In this document: positions 9,785 through 17,363 of the stretch, in pieces
Position numbering within the stretch: the first letter of the stretch is position 1
How the letters are laid out: each line of letters opens with the position of its first letter
Assembly: GCA_026998145.1 (NCBI GenBank)
Contig: JALTRC010000136.1
Span: forward strand, 1 to 33,023
Source of the DNA: Gammaproteobacteria bacterium
GTDB lineage: Bacteria > Pseudomonadota > Gammaproteobacteria > SZUA-229
Direction of reading: 5' to 3'
Length of the DNA stretch: 33,023 nucleotides
Notes under the pieces: generated by a model
Seen by the model: the letters and a program-made list of their open reading frames with translations, nothing else
Told to the model about the DNA's origin: nothing
Databases searched by the model: none
Translations under genes and position numbers: made by a program

Positions 9785-10459
9785 CTAATTCACACTGCCT
9801 TCGGGTAACAGGGCCGCTTCCATATCAACCAGTCGCTGGCTGGCCTGCTGATATTCCCGTGATTGCTGATCCAGACTATCCACCAGGCGCCGCGCCTGTT
9901 CATAGATCAGGCGCTGCTGCTCCGGAGCAAATATCTGCATGGCTTTTTGCAGGGCATCGGCTGAGGCACTTAATAACGCCGGCACCAGCTGATCTTCATC
10001 AATTAAACTGTCCGGGCTGAGCAGGTCGGCAATGAGCGGTTCTTCCAGCAGTTCAAAATGGGCCGCTCTTGCGGCTTCTTCCATTTTCAGCTTGTCGTGG
10101 GCCTGGGTGTCATTGCCAATGGCTGACCACATGGCCTGCATCAGCATTTTCAGCAGCCGCGTCAACATGGTTTTAATTTCCGCCTGATCCCCTGCCAGCC
10201 CGGCACAGCGCTCGTAACTTTTATCCAGCTCTTCCTTGATCTTCAATACCACATCCGCATCCGCGTTAGGCTTTAAATCCACCACCCGCTGCACCAGGTC
10301 ACGAAAATCATTCATAAACAACTGCACATCCTGTTCATCCAGCTGTTTGGCATGGACTATCTCATCCGGCGTGATAGCCGGGCTGCCAAATAAGGGGTTT
10401 TGATACTGACGCTGCAAATGACGCTCACGGGCGCCGGGTTTGTCACTGAATATACTCAT
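9785..10459 (-). CDS. Hypothetical helical protein (224 aa), translationally coupled to the pseudo-receiver gene
   Basis: ORF with a 4-nt ATGA overlap (10456..10459) with the upstream gene. The composition is helix-rich and acidic, with no recognisable catalytic motif. Confidence 0.65.
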   Translation of the reverse strand: MSIFSDKPGARERHLQRQYQNPLFGSPAITPDEIVHAKQLDEQDVQLFMNDFRDLVQRVVDLKPNADADVVLKIKEELDKSYERCAGLAGDQAEIKTMLTRLLKMLMQAMWSAIGNDTQAHDKLKMEEAARAAHFELLEEPLIADLLSPDSLIDEDQLVPALLSASADALQKAMQIFAPEQQRLIYEQARRLVDSLDQQSREYQQASQRLVDMEAALLPEGSVN

Positions 10460-10848
10460 TTATTTTCCTGTATTGCGCGATCCAGGGCAGCCGATAATGC
10501 CGACTCATCCACCGGAAAACTCAGGGTTTCAAACAGATTAAATACCGCCAGCAGGCGTTCCAGCTGAGGGCGCTGGGGGGCTTCATAAAACACGATCACC
10601 TGCGCCGGTCTGGGTAGCTGCTCCACCGTGGCCATCAGGGATTCCAGACTGCTGGTGCGATCCCGGAAGTCGGACTGAAAATTGAACTCTGCCACTATCA
10701 CATCCGGTTGCAGCTTTTTCACCAGCTTCATGGCCTTGCGCATACTATTGGCCACGGATACCTGATAGCCCTTGCTCTGGTACAGCTCGGCAAAATCCGG
10801 GTAACCACCCAGCTCAACAATGGATAACAGGGTTCGGGGGGAAGCCAT
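10456..10848 (-). CDS. Stand-alone receiver-like (CheY-fold) protein lacking the phospho-acceptor Asp (pseudo-receiver)
   Basis: 130 aa. It shows a by-eye (beta-alpha)5 receiver pattern. PDVIVAEFNF sits where receivers have D(V/L)(I/V)xxDxxMP, so the D57 equivalent is Glu (codon 10687..10689). The acidic pair reads E-L, and the T87 and K109 equivalents are not conserved. Confidence 0.6.
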   Translation of the reverse strand: MASPRTLLSIVELGGYPDFAELYQSKGYQVSVANSMRKAMKLVKKLQPDVIVAEFNFQSDFRDRTSSLESLMATVEQLPRPAQVIVFYEAPQRPQLERLLAVFNLFETLSFPVDESALSAALDRAIQENK

Positions 10849-10879
10849 TATCTATCCTGCAAATTCATTCTAAAGGCCC

Positions 10880-11767
10880 CTAATGGGGATGCTTCTGTTT
10901 GTTTTCAAGAAGTGTTAATAAATAAACCCCCTGGGCCGTTGCATGAAAGCTGCTGCGGGGGCGGGAGATACTTAAAATACGGGAACTAAAGCCAGGCGAC
11001 CGGGAGCCGAGGGGAATTAATGGATCAAAATCCCCCCAGCCACCATCAGCCAGCTGGTGATCCAGAATCTGCTGCACCCACACGGGCTTTACCCGCGCAT
11101 CAGCGCCGGTTATCAGCAACATCATCACCCGCTGTAAATACACATCAATTACGCGAATATCCCAGGTTAGCTGATGCACAATATCATTTTGCAGGCTGGC
11201 AATCACAGGCTGCAATTCAGCCTCAGGCGCACAATGCTGGCGGAGCTGGAAATTGATCCCCATAAGCTGATGGGTAACACAGGCCGGGCGATAAATATGG
11301 GATGGCTGAAAGCAGAAATCTGCCCGGTTCTGGGCCGCAATCACCGGCAAATCCACCAGCAGATTATCGGCACAATGGAGGCTGTAGATAAAGTGCTGAT
11401 TGTAATCCGGCAGGCCGTAAAGGGATGTTTCATCAATATTGAGCCGCTGCTGTGGCCAGAACAATGGCGCCCAGATACTGTAGCCTAAACCCCGGTTGCG
11501 GCTCTTGTATTCATTGACCAGCATTTCCAGACGGGCATCTTTCGAGACTTTAGCCGCCTCATTAACCATCCACCAGAGCATGGCATTGTGGTCATTTAAA
11601 ATGCGCTCTTTATGCTGCAATAACCAGTTAATGGCGCTTTCCCGGTGCGAGGCCAGCTGGCTTCTGTCCGGCATCGGCAGGTCCCGGTTATTATTGAACA
11701 CGCCCCATAAATACAGTACCACCGGCAACAACAGCAGAAGCAGGAATATCCTTATGGTTTTTTTCAT
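10880..11767 (-). CDS. Membrane-anchored hypothetical protein with one prenyltransferase/terpene-cyclase-like repeat motif (QLADGGWGDF)
   Basis: 295 aa. It has an N-terminal hydrophobic anchor (IRIFLLLLLLPVVLYLWGV) and a single QW-like motif ILDHQLADGGWG near the C-terminus. Its start overlaps the TetR stop by 1 nt (TAATG). Confidence 0.6.
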   Translation of the reverse strand: MKKTIRIFLLLLLLPVVLYLWGVFNNNRDLPMPDRSQLASHRESAINWLLQHKERILNDHNAMLWWMVNEAAKVSKDARLEMLVNEYKSRNRGLGYSIWAPLFWPQQRLNIDETSLYGLPDYNQHFIYSLHCADNLLVDLPVIAAQNRADFCFQPSHIYRPACVTHQLMGINFQLRQHCAPEAELQPVIASLQNDIVHQLTWDIRVIDVYLQRVMMLLITGADARVKPVWVQQILDHQLADGGWGDFDPLIPLGSRSPGFSSRILSISRPRSSFHATAQGVYLLTLLENKQKHPH

Positions 11768-12387
11768 TATCGTTTTTTCAGCCCCATTAATAAAATATCG
11801 TAGACCTGCAAGGCCAGCCGTTTAAACTGCTGCTCATCACCGGTTACATTGTCACGCAGCATACCGGATGAGGCCATCATGGCAAGCCCCTGCACCATGG
11901 ACATGGCCGCCAGTGTCTGCCGCATCACATCGCCCCTGGCAAAAATATCCTGCTGCTGAGCCAGAGATATGATTTTTACCAGACTTTCAATAGAGGCATG
12001 GGCCTCTTCTTTTAATTCAGGGCCACACTTGCCCAGGGATAAATATCCACCGAACATCAGCCGGAACAGCTCCGGCTGCTCCATGGCCATATTTAAAATT
12101 GCCACACCGCTTTCAAACAGCTGGCTTTCCGGGTCGTCTGCCAGTTCCAGCTCCAGGCGGATATTATGGGCTTTCAGGCGGCGAAAGCCGGTGGCGGCAA
12201 CGGCTTCCAGTAATTGCTGTTTGTTTTTAAAGTGACGATAAGGGGCATTGTGGCCAACCCCCAGACGCCGCGCCAGCTCCCGAAGGCTCAAGCCTCCTAT
12301 GCCCTTTTCATGGAGCATGACAATGGCTTCCAGAATCAGGGCATTGCGCAGATCCCCGTGGTGATAGGTTTTATTTTGCATCTTCAA
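11767..12387 (-). CDS. TetR/AcrR family transcriptional regulator
   Basis: 206 aa. It has the N-terminal HTH signature LSLRELARRLGVGHNAPYRHFKNKQQLL and a helical C-terminal ligand domain typical of TetR-family regulators. Confidence 0.9.
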   Translation of the reverse strand: MKMQNKTYHHGDLRNALILEAIVMLHEKGIGGLSLRELARRLGVGHNAPYRHFKNKQQLLEAVAATGFRRLKAHNIRLELELADDPESQLFESGVAILNMAMEQPELFRLMFGGYLSLGKCGPELKEEAHASIESLVKIISLAQQQDIFARGDVMRQTLAAMSMVQGLAMMASSGMLRDNVTGDEQQFKRLALQVYDILLMGLKKR

Positions 12388-12468
12388 ACATTACCAGCTT
12401 ATCTTGCAGAGCCGCCCATACAGGAATTCTATTTGACATATACCGCTACAATCCATTAAGTTCAGACC

Positions 12469-12493
12469 ATGTGGACATTGCCCACATTATAAT
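12469..12493. promoter_or_regulatory. Inverted repeat ATGTGG-N7-CCACAT abutting a perfect TATAAT; candidate TetR operator/promoter in the divergent intergenic region
   Basis: ATGTGG at 12469..12474 and CCACAT at 12482..12487. TATAAT follows at 12488..12493, 31 nt upstream of the ATG at 12524. I could not find a convincing -35 at 16-18 nt spacing. Confidence 0.3.
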
Positions 12494-12523
12494 GAATTAC
12501 AACATAAAACAGGGTGTGATGAT

Positions 12524-13270
12524 ATGGACGACACATTACTTCAGCGAATCATGCAGGCACACGGCGGCTTTAACCGCTGGCAGCAGGTGGAATCAGTACA
12601 GGTGGATATTAATATTTTCGGGCCGATTCTGATTACCCGTTTCAAGTCACCCTGGTTATCCAATGTCACCGCGAATATTTTTACCGACAAACCTTATGTG
12701 AGTTTTCATAATTTCCCCGAAGAAAATATGACCAGCATTTTCGACGGCTTTGATGTGTATATCTATAACGCCAATGATCAAATCATCTGCGAGAAAAATT
12801 TCAAAACCGATACCAGTTTGAAAACCAAGGCGCGGCTCCACTGGGATCATCTGGATCTGGTTTATTTTCTCGGTCAGGCCATGTGGAACTATATCTGCAC
12901 CCCCTTTATGCTCGGCAGCGAACATTTTGAATGTATGCAGGGGGATGACTGGCTGGAGGCAGATGGCAACCGCCTGAGCACATTGCGGGTTCACTTCCCG
13001 GATAATATTCCCAGCCATTGTCGCCAGCAGACATTTTATTTTAACCAGCAGGGTTTATTGCAGCGTATGGATTATCATGCGGAAACCCTGGGGCCGGTTG
13101 CCATTGGCACGCAACTTTGCGACCAGCATAAAACCGTGGATGGGTTTGTGTTTCCCACCCACCGACGCGTGTTTCCCCGCTTATGGAATGGCCGAGCCCT
13201 GCGTCCCCTGAAAGTCATGGACGGCAGGCTGCAAAACATTCTTGTGAACTGGCACGCCAGCACCTGCTAA
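12524..13270 (+). CDS. Hypothetical protein (248 aa), divergent from the TetR gene and upstream of the TRAP operon
   Basis: Long ORF with normal composition and no signal peptide or recognisable motif. The antisense ORF 12656..13018 is shorter. Confidence 0.65.
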   Translation: MDDTLLQRIMQAHGGFNRWQQVESVQVDINIFGPILITRFKSPWLSNVTANIFTDKPYVSFHNFPEENMTSIFDGFDVYIYNANDQIICEKNFKTDTSLKTKARLHWDHLDLVYFLGQAMWNYICTPFMLGSEHFECMQGDDWLEADGNRLSTLRVHFPDNIPSHCRQQTFYFNQQGLLQRMDYHAETLGPVAIGTQLCDQHKTVDGFVFPTHRRVFPRLWNGRALRPLKVMDGRLQNILVNWHASTC

Positions 13271-13341
13271 AAACTTTCACTGTTGGGCTTTTCATGTGGC
13301 ATTATTATCCCCATGACACTCTTTGCCATGGAAAAAATAAA

Positions 13342-14211
13342 ATGAAAAGCACGGCGCTTAAACTCTTTGCCCTTGGCTGTATTACATTACTGAATGCCTG
13401 CTCCATGGCGCAGATGACAGTGCGCATGTCCATGCCCATGATCGAAGGGGGCATGACCGCCATGAACCGGGAGAGCGATTTAACACTGGCCTATGTGGCC
13501 ATGCCCGCCAATATCGAGCTGATGGAAGGCATGCTGGTGAATGATCCGGGCAATAGCCAGCTACGAGCTATTGCCGCCCAGGCCTATTACGGACTGGCCT
13601 TTGGTTTTGTGGAAGATGAAGATAAGCCGCGGGCCGCCAGATTTTATTACCGGGGATTTTTACACGGCAAGCGCGCCCTGCTGGAAAGCGGCCTGACAGA
13701 AAAAGATTTTAATGGCCCGCTGGATGCATTTGAAAAAGCCCTGGAGGATCTGGATAAAAACGATCTGCCGGCACTTTTCTGGACAGCCTCCAACTGGGCC
13801 AAATGGATTGACCTCAATCGTGACAAGGCCGCCAGCCTGATACAAATGCCCAAAGTTGTTATGCTCATGCAGCGCGCCTATGATCTGGACGAAAACTTTT
13901 TTATGGCCGGCCCCCACCTTTTCTTTGCCGTGTATTACGGCAGTCGCGCACCCATGTTAGGGGGCAACTATCAACTATCCCAACAGCACTTTGATAAGGC
14001 GCGAGCCTTTAACCAGAATAAACTATTGATGGTGGATTTATTACAGGCACAGTATCTGGATCGGCAACAATTTAATCAGGCCGACTTTCACCGTAGACTC
14101 GAAAACATTATCAATGCGCCTGACGATTTATACCCAGATCAGACACTGGTCAATATGATTGCCAAACAAAAAGCCCGCCAGCTGCTTAACAAGGAGGACG
14201 AATGGTTTTAA
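13342..14211 (+). CDS. TRAP-transporter-associated TatT-family TPR lipoprotein
   Basis: I start it at the ATG at 13342, giving MKSTALKLFALGCITLLNAC with a lipobox LNAC. Conserved TatT-like blocks, recalled from memory of the family: NIELMEGMLVNDPGN, AQAYYGLAFGFVED, FWTASNWAKWIDL, RAYDLDENFFMAGPHLFFAVYYGSRAPMLGGN. It overlaps the DctP-like gene start. Confidence 0.72.
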   Translation: MKSTALKLFALGCITLLNACSMAQMTVRMSMPMIEGGMTAMNRESDLTLAYVAMPANIELMEGMLVNDPGNSQLRAIAAQAYYGLAFGFVEDEDKPRAARFYYRGFLHGKRALLESGLTEKDFNGPLDAFEKALEDLDKNDLPALFWTASNWAKWIDLNRDKAASLIQMPKVVMLMQRAYDLDENFFMAGPHLFFAVYYGSRAPMLGGNYQLSQQHFDKARAFNQNKLLMVDLLQAQYLDRQQFNQADFHRRLENIINAPDDLYPDQTLVNMIAKQKARQLLNKEDEWF

Positions 14212-15221
14212 TCCGCACTTTTTTTATTGCCCTGTTATTCGCACTTAGCCAGAATCTTTACGCAAAAACCTATACCTTTAAATTCGCCACCTTAATTCCG
14301 CCCGACACCGCCTGGATGAAAGAAATACAGGCCTGGGCCGATGAAGTTAAAGAAAAAAGTCGCGGGCAGATTCGTTTTAAAATATATCCCGGTGGAGTCA
14401 TGGGTGACGAGCCGGATGTACTGCGCAAAATTCGCAGCCGCCAGTTGCAGGGGGCTTTTTTTACCGGCTATGGAATCGGCCGGATTTTTTCACCGGCACG
14501 GGTGCTGGAAATTCCATTTTTATTTAAAAACACAGACGAGTCAGATTTTGTACGCAGCCAGATAATGGATGATATTGAAGCCGGTTTCCGCAAAAAAGGT
14601 TTTGAGCTGGTAGGCTGGCCGGAAGTGGGCTTTATTCATTTCTTTTCCAAAAAACCATTATCATCTCTGGACGATATTAAAAGCCACCGCATCTGGTTAT
14701 GGCAGGGTGACCCCCTGGGAGAAGCACTGACCAAAGCCGCCGGCATTACACCTGTGCCTTTATCCATTATGGATGTGTACACACAGCTTTCTGCCAAACA
14801 TGGCAGTATCGACACGGTTTACAACTCACCCTTCGGGGCGCTGGCCATGCAGTGGTATAGCAAGCTGAAATACGCCTCCAATATTGCCATGACCAATGCC
14901 ATAGGCGCGCTGGTCATCGATCAACGCTTTTATAAAAAACTGCCACCGGAGCTACAACAGCTGATGAAACAAAGTGGTAAAAAATACGCGGATAAAATCA
15001 ATCAGATTTCCCGCCGTGACAATCAGCAGAGTATCGAGCTATTAAAACAAAGCGGCATTGTGTTTATGTGGGACTGGAACGAAGAGGAAAAACAGCAGAT
15101 ACTGGATATTCGTGATAAAGCCGCCAGAGCATTATCAAGCAGCAACTATATTCCCGCCGCCTATTTTGAACGCACTCGCAAACTGCTGGAACAATACCGC
15201 AAAGAACACCCGGCACACTAA
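14202..15221 (+). CDS. TRAP transporter substrate-binding protein (DctP family)
   Basis: 339 aa with a signal peptide (FFIALLFALSQNLYA). The mature N-terminus has the typical DctP-family form KTYTFKFATLIPPDTAWMKE..RFKIYPGGVMGDE. It is followed by the Q and M permease genes. Confidence 0.85.
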   Translation: MVLIRTFFIALLFALSQNLYAKTYTFKFATLIPPDTAWMKEIQAWADEVKEKSRGQIRFKIYPGGVMGDEPDVLRKIRSRQLQGAFFTGYGIGRIFSPARVLEIPFLFKNTDESDFVRSQIMDDIEAGFRKKGFELVGWPEVGFIHFFSKKPLSSLDDIKSHRIWLWQGDPLGEALTKAAGITPVPLSIMDVYTQLSAKHGSIDTVYNSPFGALAMQWYSKLKYASNIAMTNAIGALVIDQRFYKKLPPELQQLMKQSGKKYADKINQISRRDNQQSIELLKQSGIVFMWDWNEEEKQQILDIRDKAARALSSSNYIPAAYFERTRKLLEQYRKEHPAH

Positions 15222-15226
15222 CAGCC

Positions 15227-15703
15227 ATGCTAAACACCTTTCGCCTGTATTTATTGCGCTTTGAAAAAACCATTGCGGCCAGCAGTTTATTATTACTGCT
15301 CGGCCTTACCCTGGCCCAGGTCATTGCCCGCAATTTTTTCGATACCGGCATTGCCCATATTGATGTGATTGCCCGTCATCTGGTTTTATTTATTTCCTTT
15401 ATGGGTGCAGCGATTATTTCTGAACAGAATAATCATATTAAAATTGATATTCTGTCATCACTGCTCAGTCAAACGCAAAAGAACCGGCTTCGCAAACCCT
15501 TATTTCTGTTAAGCAGTTTGCTGTGCTTTATCTTTACCTATTACGGCGCTTTGTTCTGGCTGGATGAATATCAATATGCACCGGCTAATGAACAGCTGGC
15601 GGTATATCTGGCACTGATTATTCCCGCCGGCTTTTTTATTCTGGCCTCTCATCTGTTGTTATTAAGTTTATCTTCGGCTCCGCTACAGGATACTGTTTTA
15701 TGA
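15227..15703 (+). CDS. TRAP transporter small permease (DctQ family)
   Basis: 158 aa with four hydrophobic segments, positioned between the P and M genes. There is a 4-nt ATGA overlap with the M gene. Confidence 0.85.
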   Translation: MLNTFRLYLLRFEKTIAASSLLLLLGLTLAQVIARNFFDTGIAHIDVIARHLVLFISFMGAAIISEQNNHIKIDILSSLLSQTQKNRLRKPLFLLSSLLCFIFTYYGALFWLDEYQYAPANEQLAVYLALIIPAGFFILASHLLLLSLSSAPLQDTVL

Positions 15704-16959
15704 CACTGGCGGTATTATTACTGGTGCTGCTGGCATTAATCGGCATGCCACTGTTTGCGGTACTGGGTGCCGGCGGATTATTAGCCAGCCACTCGGCCGA
15801 AATCGAGCCGGTTATTTTAATCAGTGAGCTTTACCGGCTGGCGGCTCAGCCCAATCTTATTGCCATTCCATTATTTACCTTTGCAGGCATGACCCTGGCC
15901 GCCGGCGGCGGGCCTCAGCGACTGGTGAATTTATTTAATGCACTGGTGGGCTGGATGCCCGGCGGGCTTGCCATTGTCACCGTGATTACCTGCGCTTTTT
16001 TTACCGCTTTTACCGGTGCATCCGGGGTGACCATTATTGCACTTGGGGGATTACTTTTACCCCTGTTTCAACAGGCCCATTATAAAAAACGCTTTAGTCT
16101 GGGCCTGCTCACATCGTCCGGCTCTTTGGGTTTATTATTCCCTCCCAGCCTGGCGATTATTTTATATGGCGTTGTATCCGGCACCAATATTGATGAGTTA
16201 TTTATGGCCGGCATTGTACCGGGCTTTTTACTGTTATTGATGCTCGCCCTTTACAGTTTTTATTCCGGCATCAAATGGCAGCTACCCACTCACCCGTTTT
16301 CCCTGAACAGGGCGCTTGTGGCCATTAAGCAAAGCATCTGGGATTTACTTTTACCACTGGGTATTATTGTGGGTATTTTCGGCGGCTTTGTTACGGTAAC
16401 CGAAGCCTCAGCTGCCACCGCCGCTTATGCCCTTTTTATCGAAACCATTATTTATAAAAAGATTTCTCTGCGCAAAGAGCTTGCTTCCATTCTGACCGAC
16501 ACCACCGCACTGGTCGGTAGTATTTTAATTATCCTGGGCATGGCCATGGGGCTGACCAATCTGCTGATTGATTCCCAACTGCCCATGCGTTTGCTGGATT
16601 ATATGGAAGGTTTTATTAGCAGCCCCTTACAGTTTTTAATTTTATTAAATATCTTCCTGCTTATGGTAGGTGCCATGATGGATATTTTTTCTGCCATTGT
16701 GGTGGTTGTGCCGCTGATTATTCCCCTTGCCAATCGTTACCAGATTGACCCGGTGCATCTGGGTATTATTTTTCTGGCCAATCTGGAAATCGGTTATCTA
16801 ACGCCACCGGTAGGTATTAACCTGTTTATTGCCAGCCAGCGTTTTGGAGAGTCCATTATCACTCTGTTCCGTTCCACCTTTCCTTTTTTAATTATTATGC
16901 TGATCTGGCTGGGCATGTTGTCCTATATCCCTGTGCTTACCCTGTGGTGGAAAAGTTGA
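15700..16959 (+). CDS. TRAP transporter large permease (DctM family)
   Basis: 419 aa polytopic membrane protein. Typical DctM blocks are present: IPLFTFAGMTLAAGG, AFFTAFTGASGVTIIALGGLL, LEIGYLTPPVGINLF. Confidence 0.9.
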   Translation: MTLAVLLLVLLALIGMPLFAVLGAGGLLASHSAEIEPVILISELYRLAAQPNLIAIPLFTFAGMTLAAGGGPQRLVNLFNALVGWMPGGLAIVTVITCAFFTAFTGASGVTIIALGGLLLPLFQQAHYKKRFSLGLLTSSGSLGLLFPPSLAIILYGVVSGTNIDELFMAGIVPGFLLLLMLALYSFYSGIKWQLPTHPFSLNRALVAIKQSIWDLLLPLGIIVGIFGGFVTVTEASAATAAYALFIETIIYKKISLRKELASILTDTTALVGSILIILGMAMGLTNLLIDSQLPMRLLDYMEGFISSPLQFLILLNIFLLMVGAMMDIFSAIVVVVPLIIPLANRYQIDPVHLGIIFLANLEIGYLTPPVGINLFIASQRFGESIITLFRSTFPFLIIMLIWLGMLSYIPVLTLWWKS

Positions 16960-16990
16960 TATGATGCCGCCACTGTAAAGAGGAGCGATT

Positions 16991-17230
16991 ATGGCCGGAA
17001 AACTGAAAGAACCTAAAGTCATTACTGATTTCAATAATAATCCCGTTGCCATTCTGCCCACCGGTTTTTATTTTGATGATGATGTGTGGGATAAAATCTG
17101 GCAGCGCTTCGAGGAAAAAGGTGAGTCCCTGACCATGGAGGATTTACACGCCATGTTCCCGGATGATGATACGGTTAAACCCCGAAAGCTGGTACGAACC
17201 GGTGAAATGGATTTTACCGGCAACAAATAA
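16991..17230 (+). CDS. Hypothetical small protein (79 aa)
   Basis: There is a good Shine-Dalgarno (AGAGGAG, 5 nt spacer) before the ATG at 16991. No motif recognised. Confidence 0.55.
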   Translation: MAGKLKEPKVITDFNNNPVAILPTGFYFDDDVWDKIWQRFEEKGESLTMEDLHAMFPDDDTVKPRKLVRTGEMDFTGNK

Positions 17231-17363
17231 TGTGATTGCCCTCCCAGTTTACAATGCAGTATCCATGTAAACGACCAGATGCCTTGACCCTTCATACATT
17301 GCCTATAAGATTCTTTTTCCCTGCATAGGGCACACGGCCTGATGTAATTGAGGAAGCAAGAAT

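Noticed and set aside
13183-13341. 53-codon N-terminal extension of the TatT-like ORF as listed in the track (start 13183)
   Set aside because: The extension overlaps the end of the upstream gene and has no signal peptide. The internal ATG at 13342 gives a classic lipoprotein signal (..LLNAC), as expected for TatT-family proteins.
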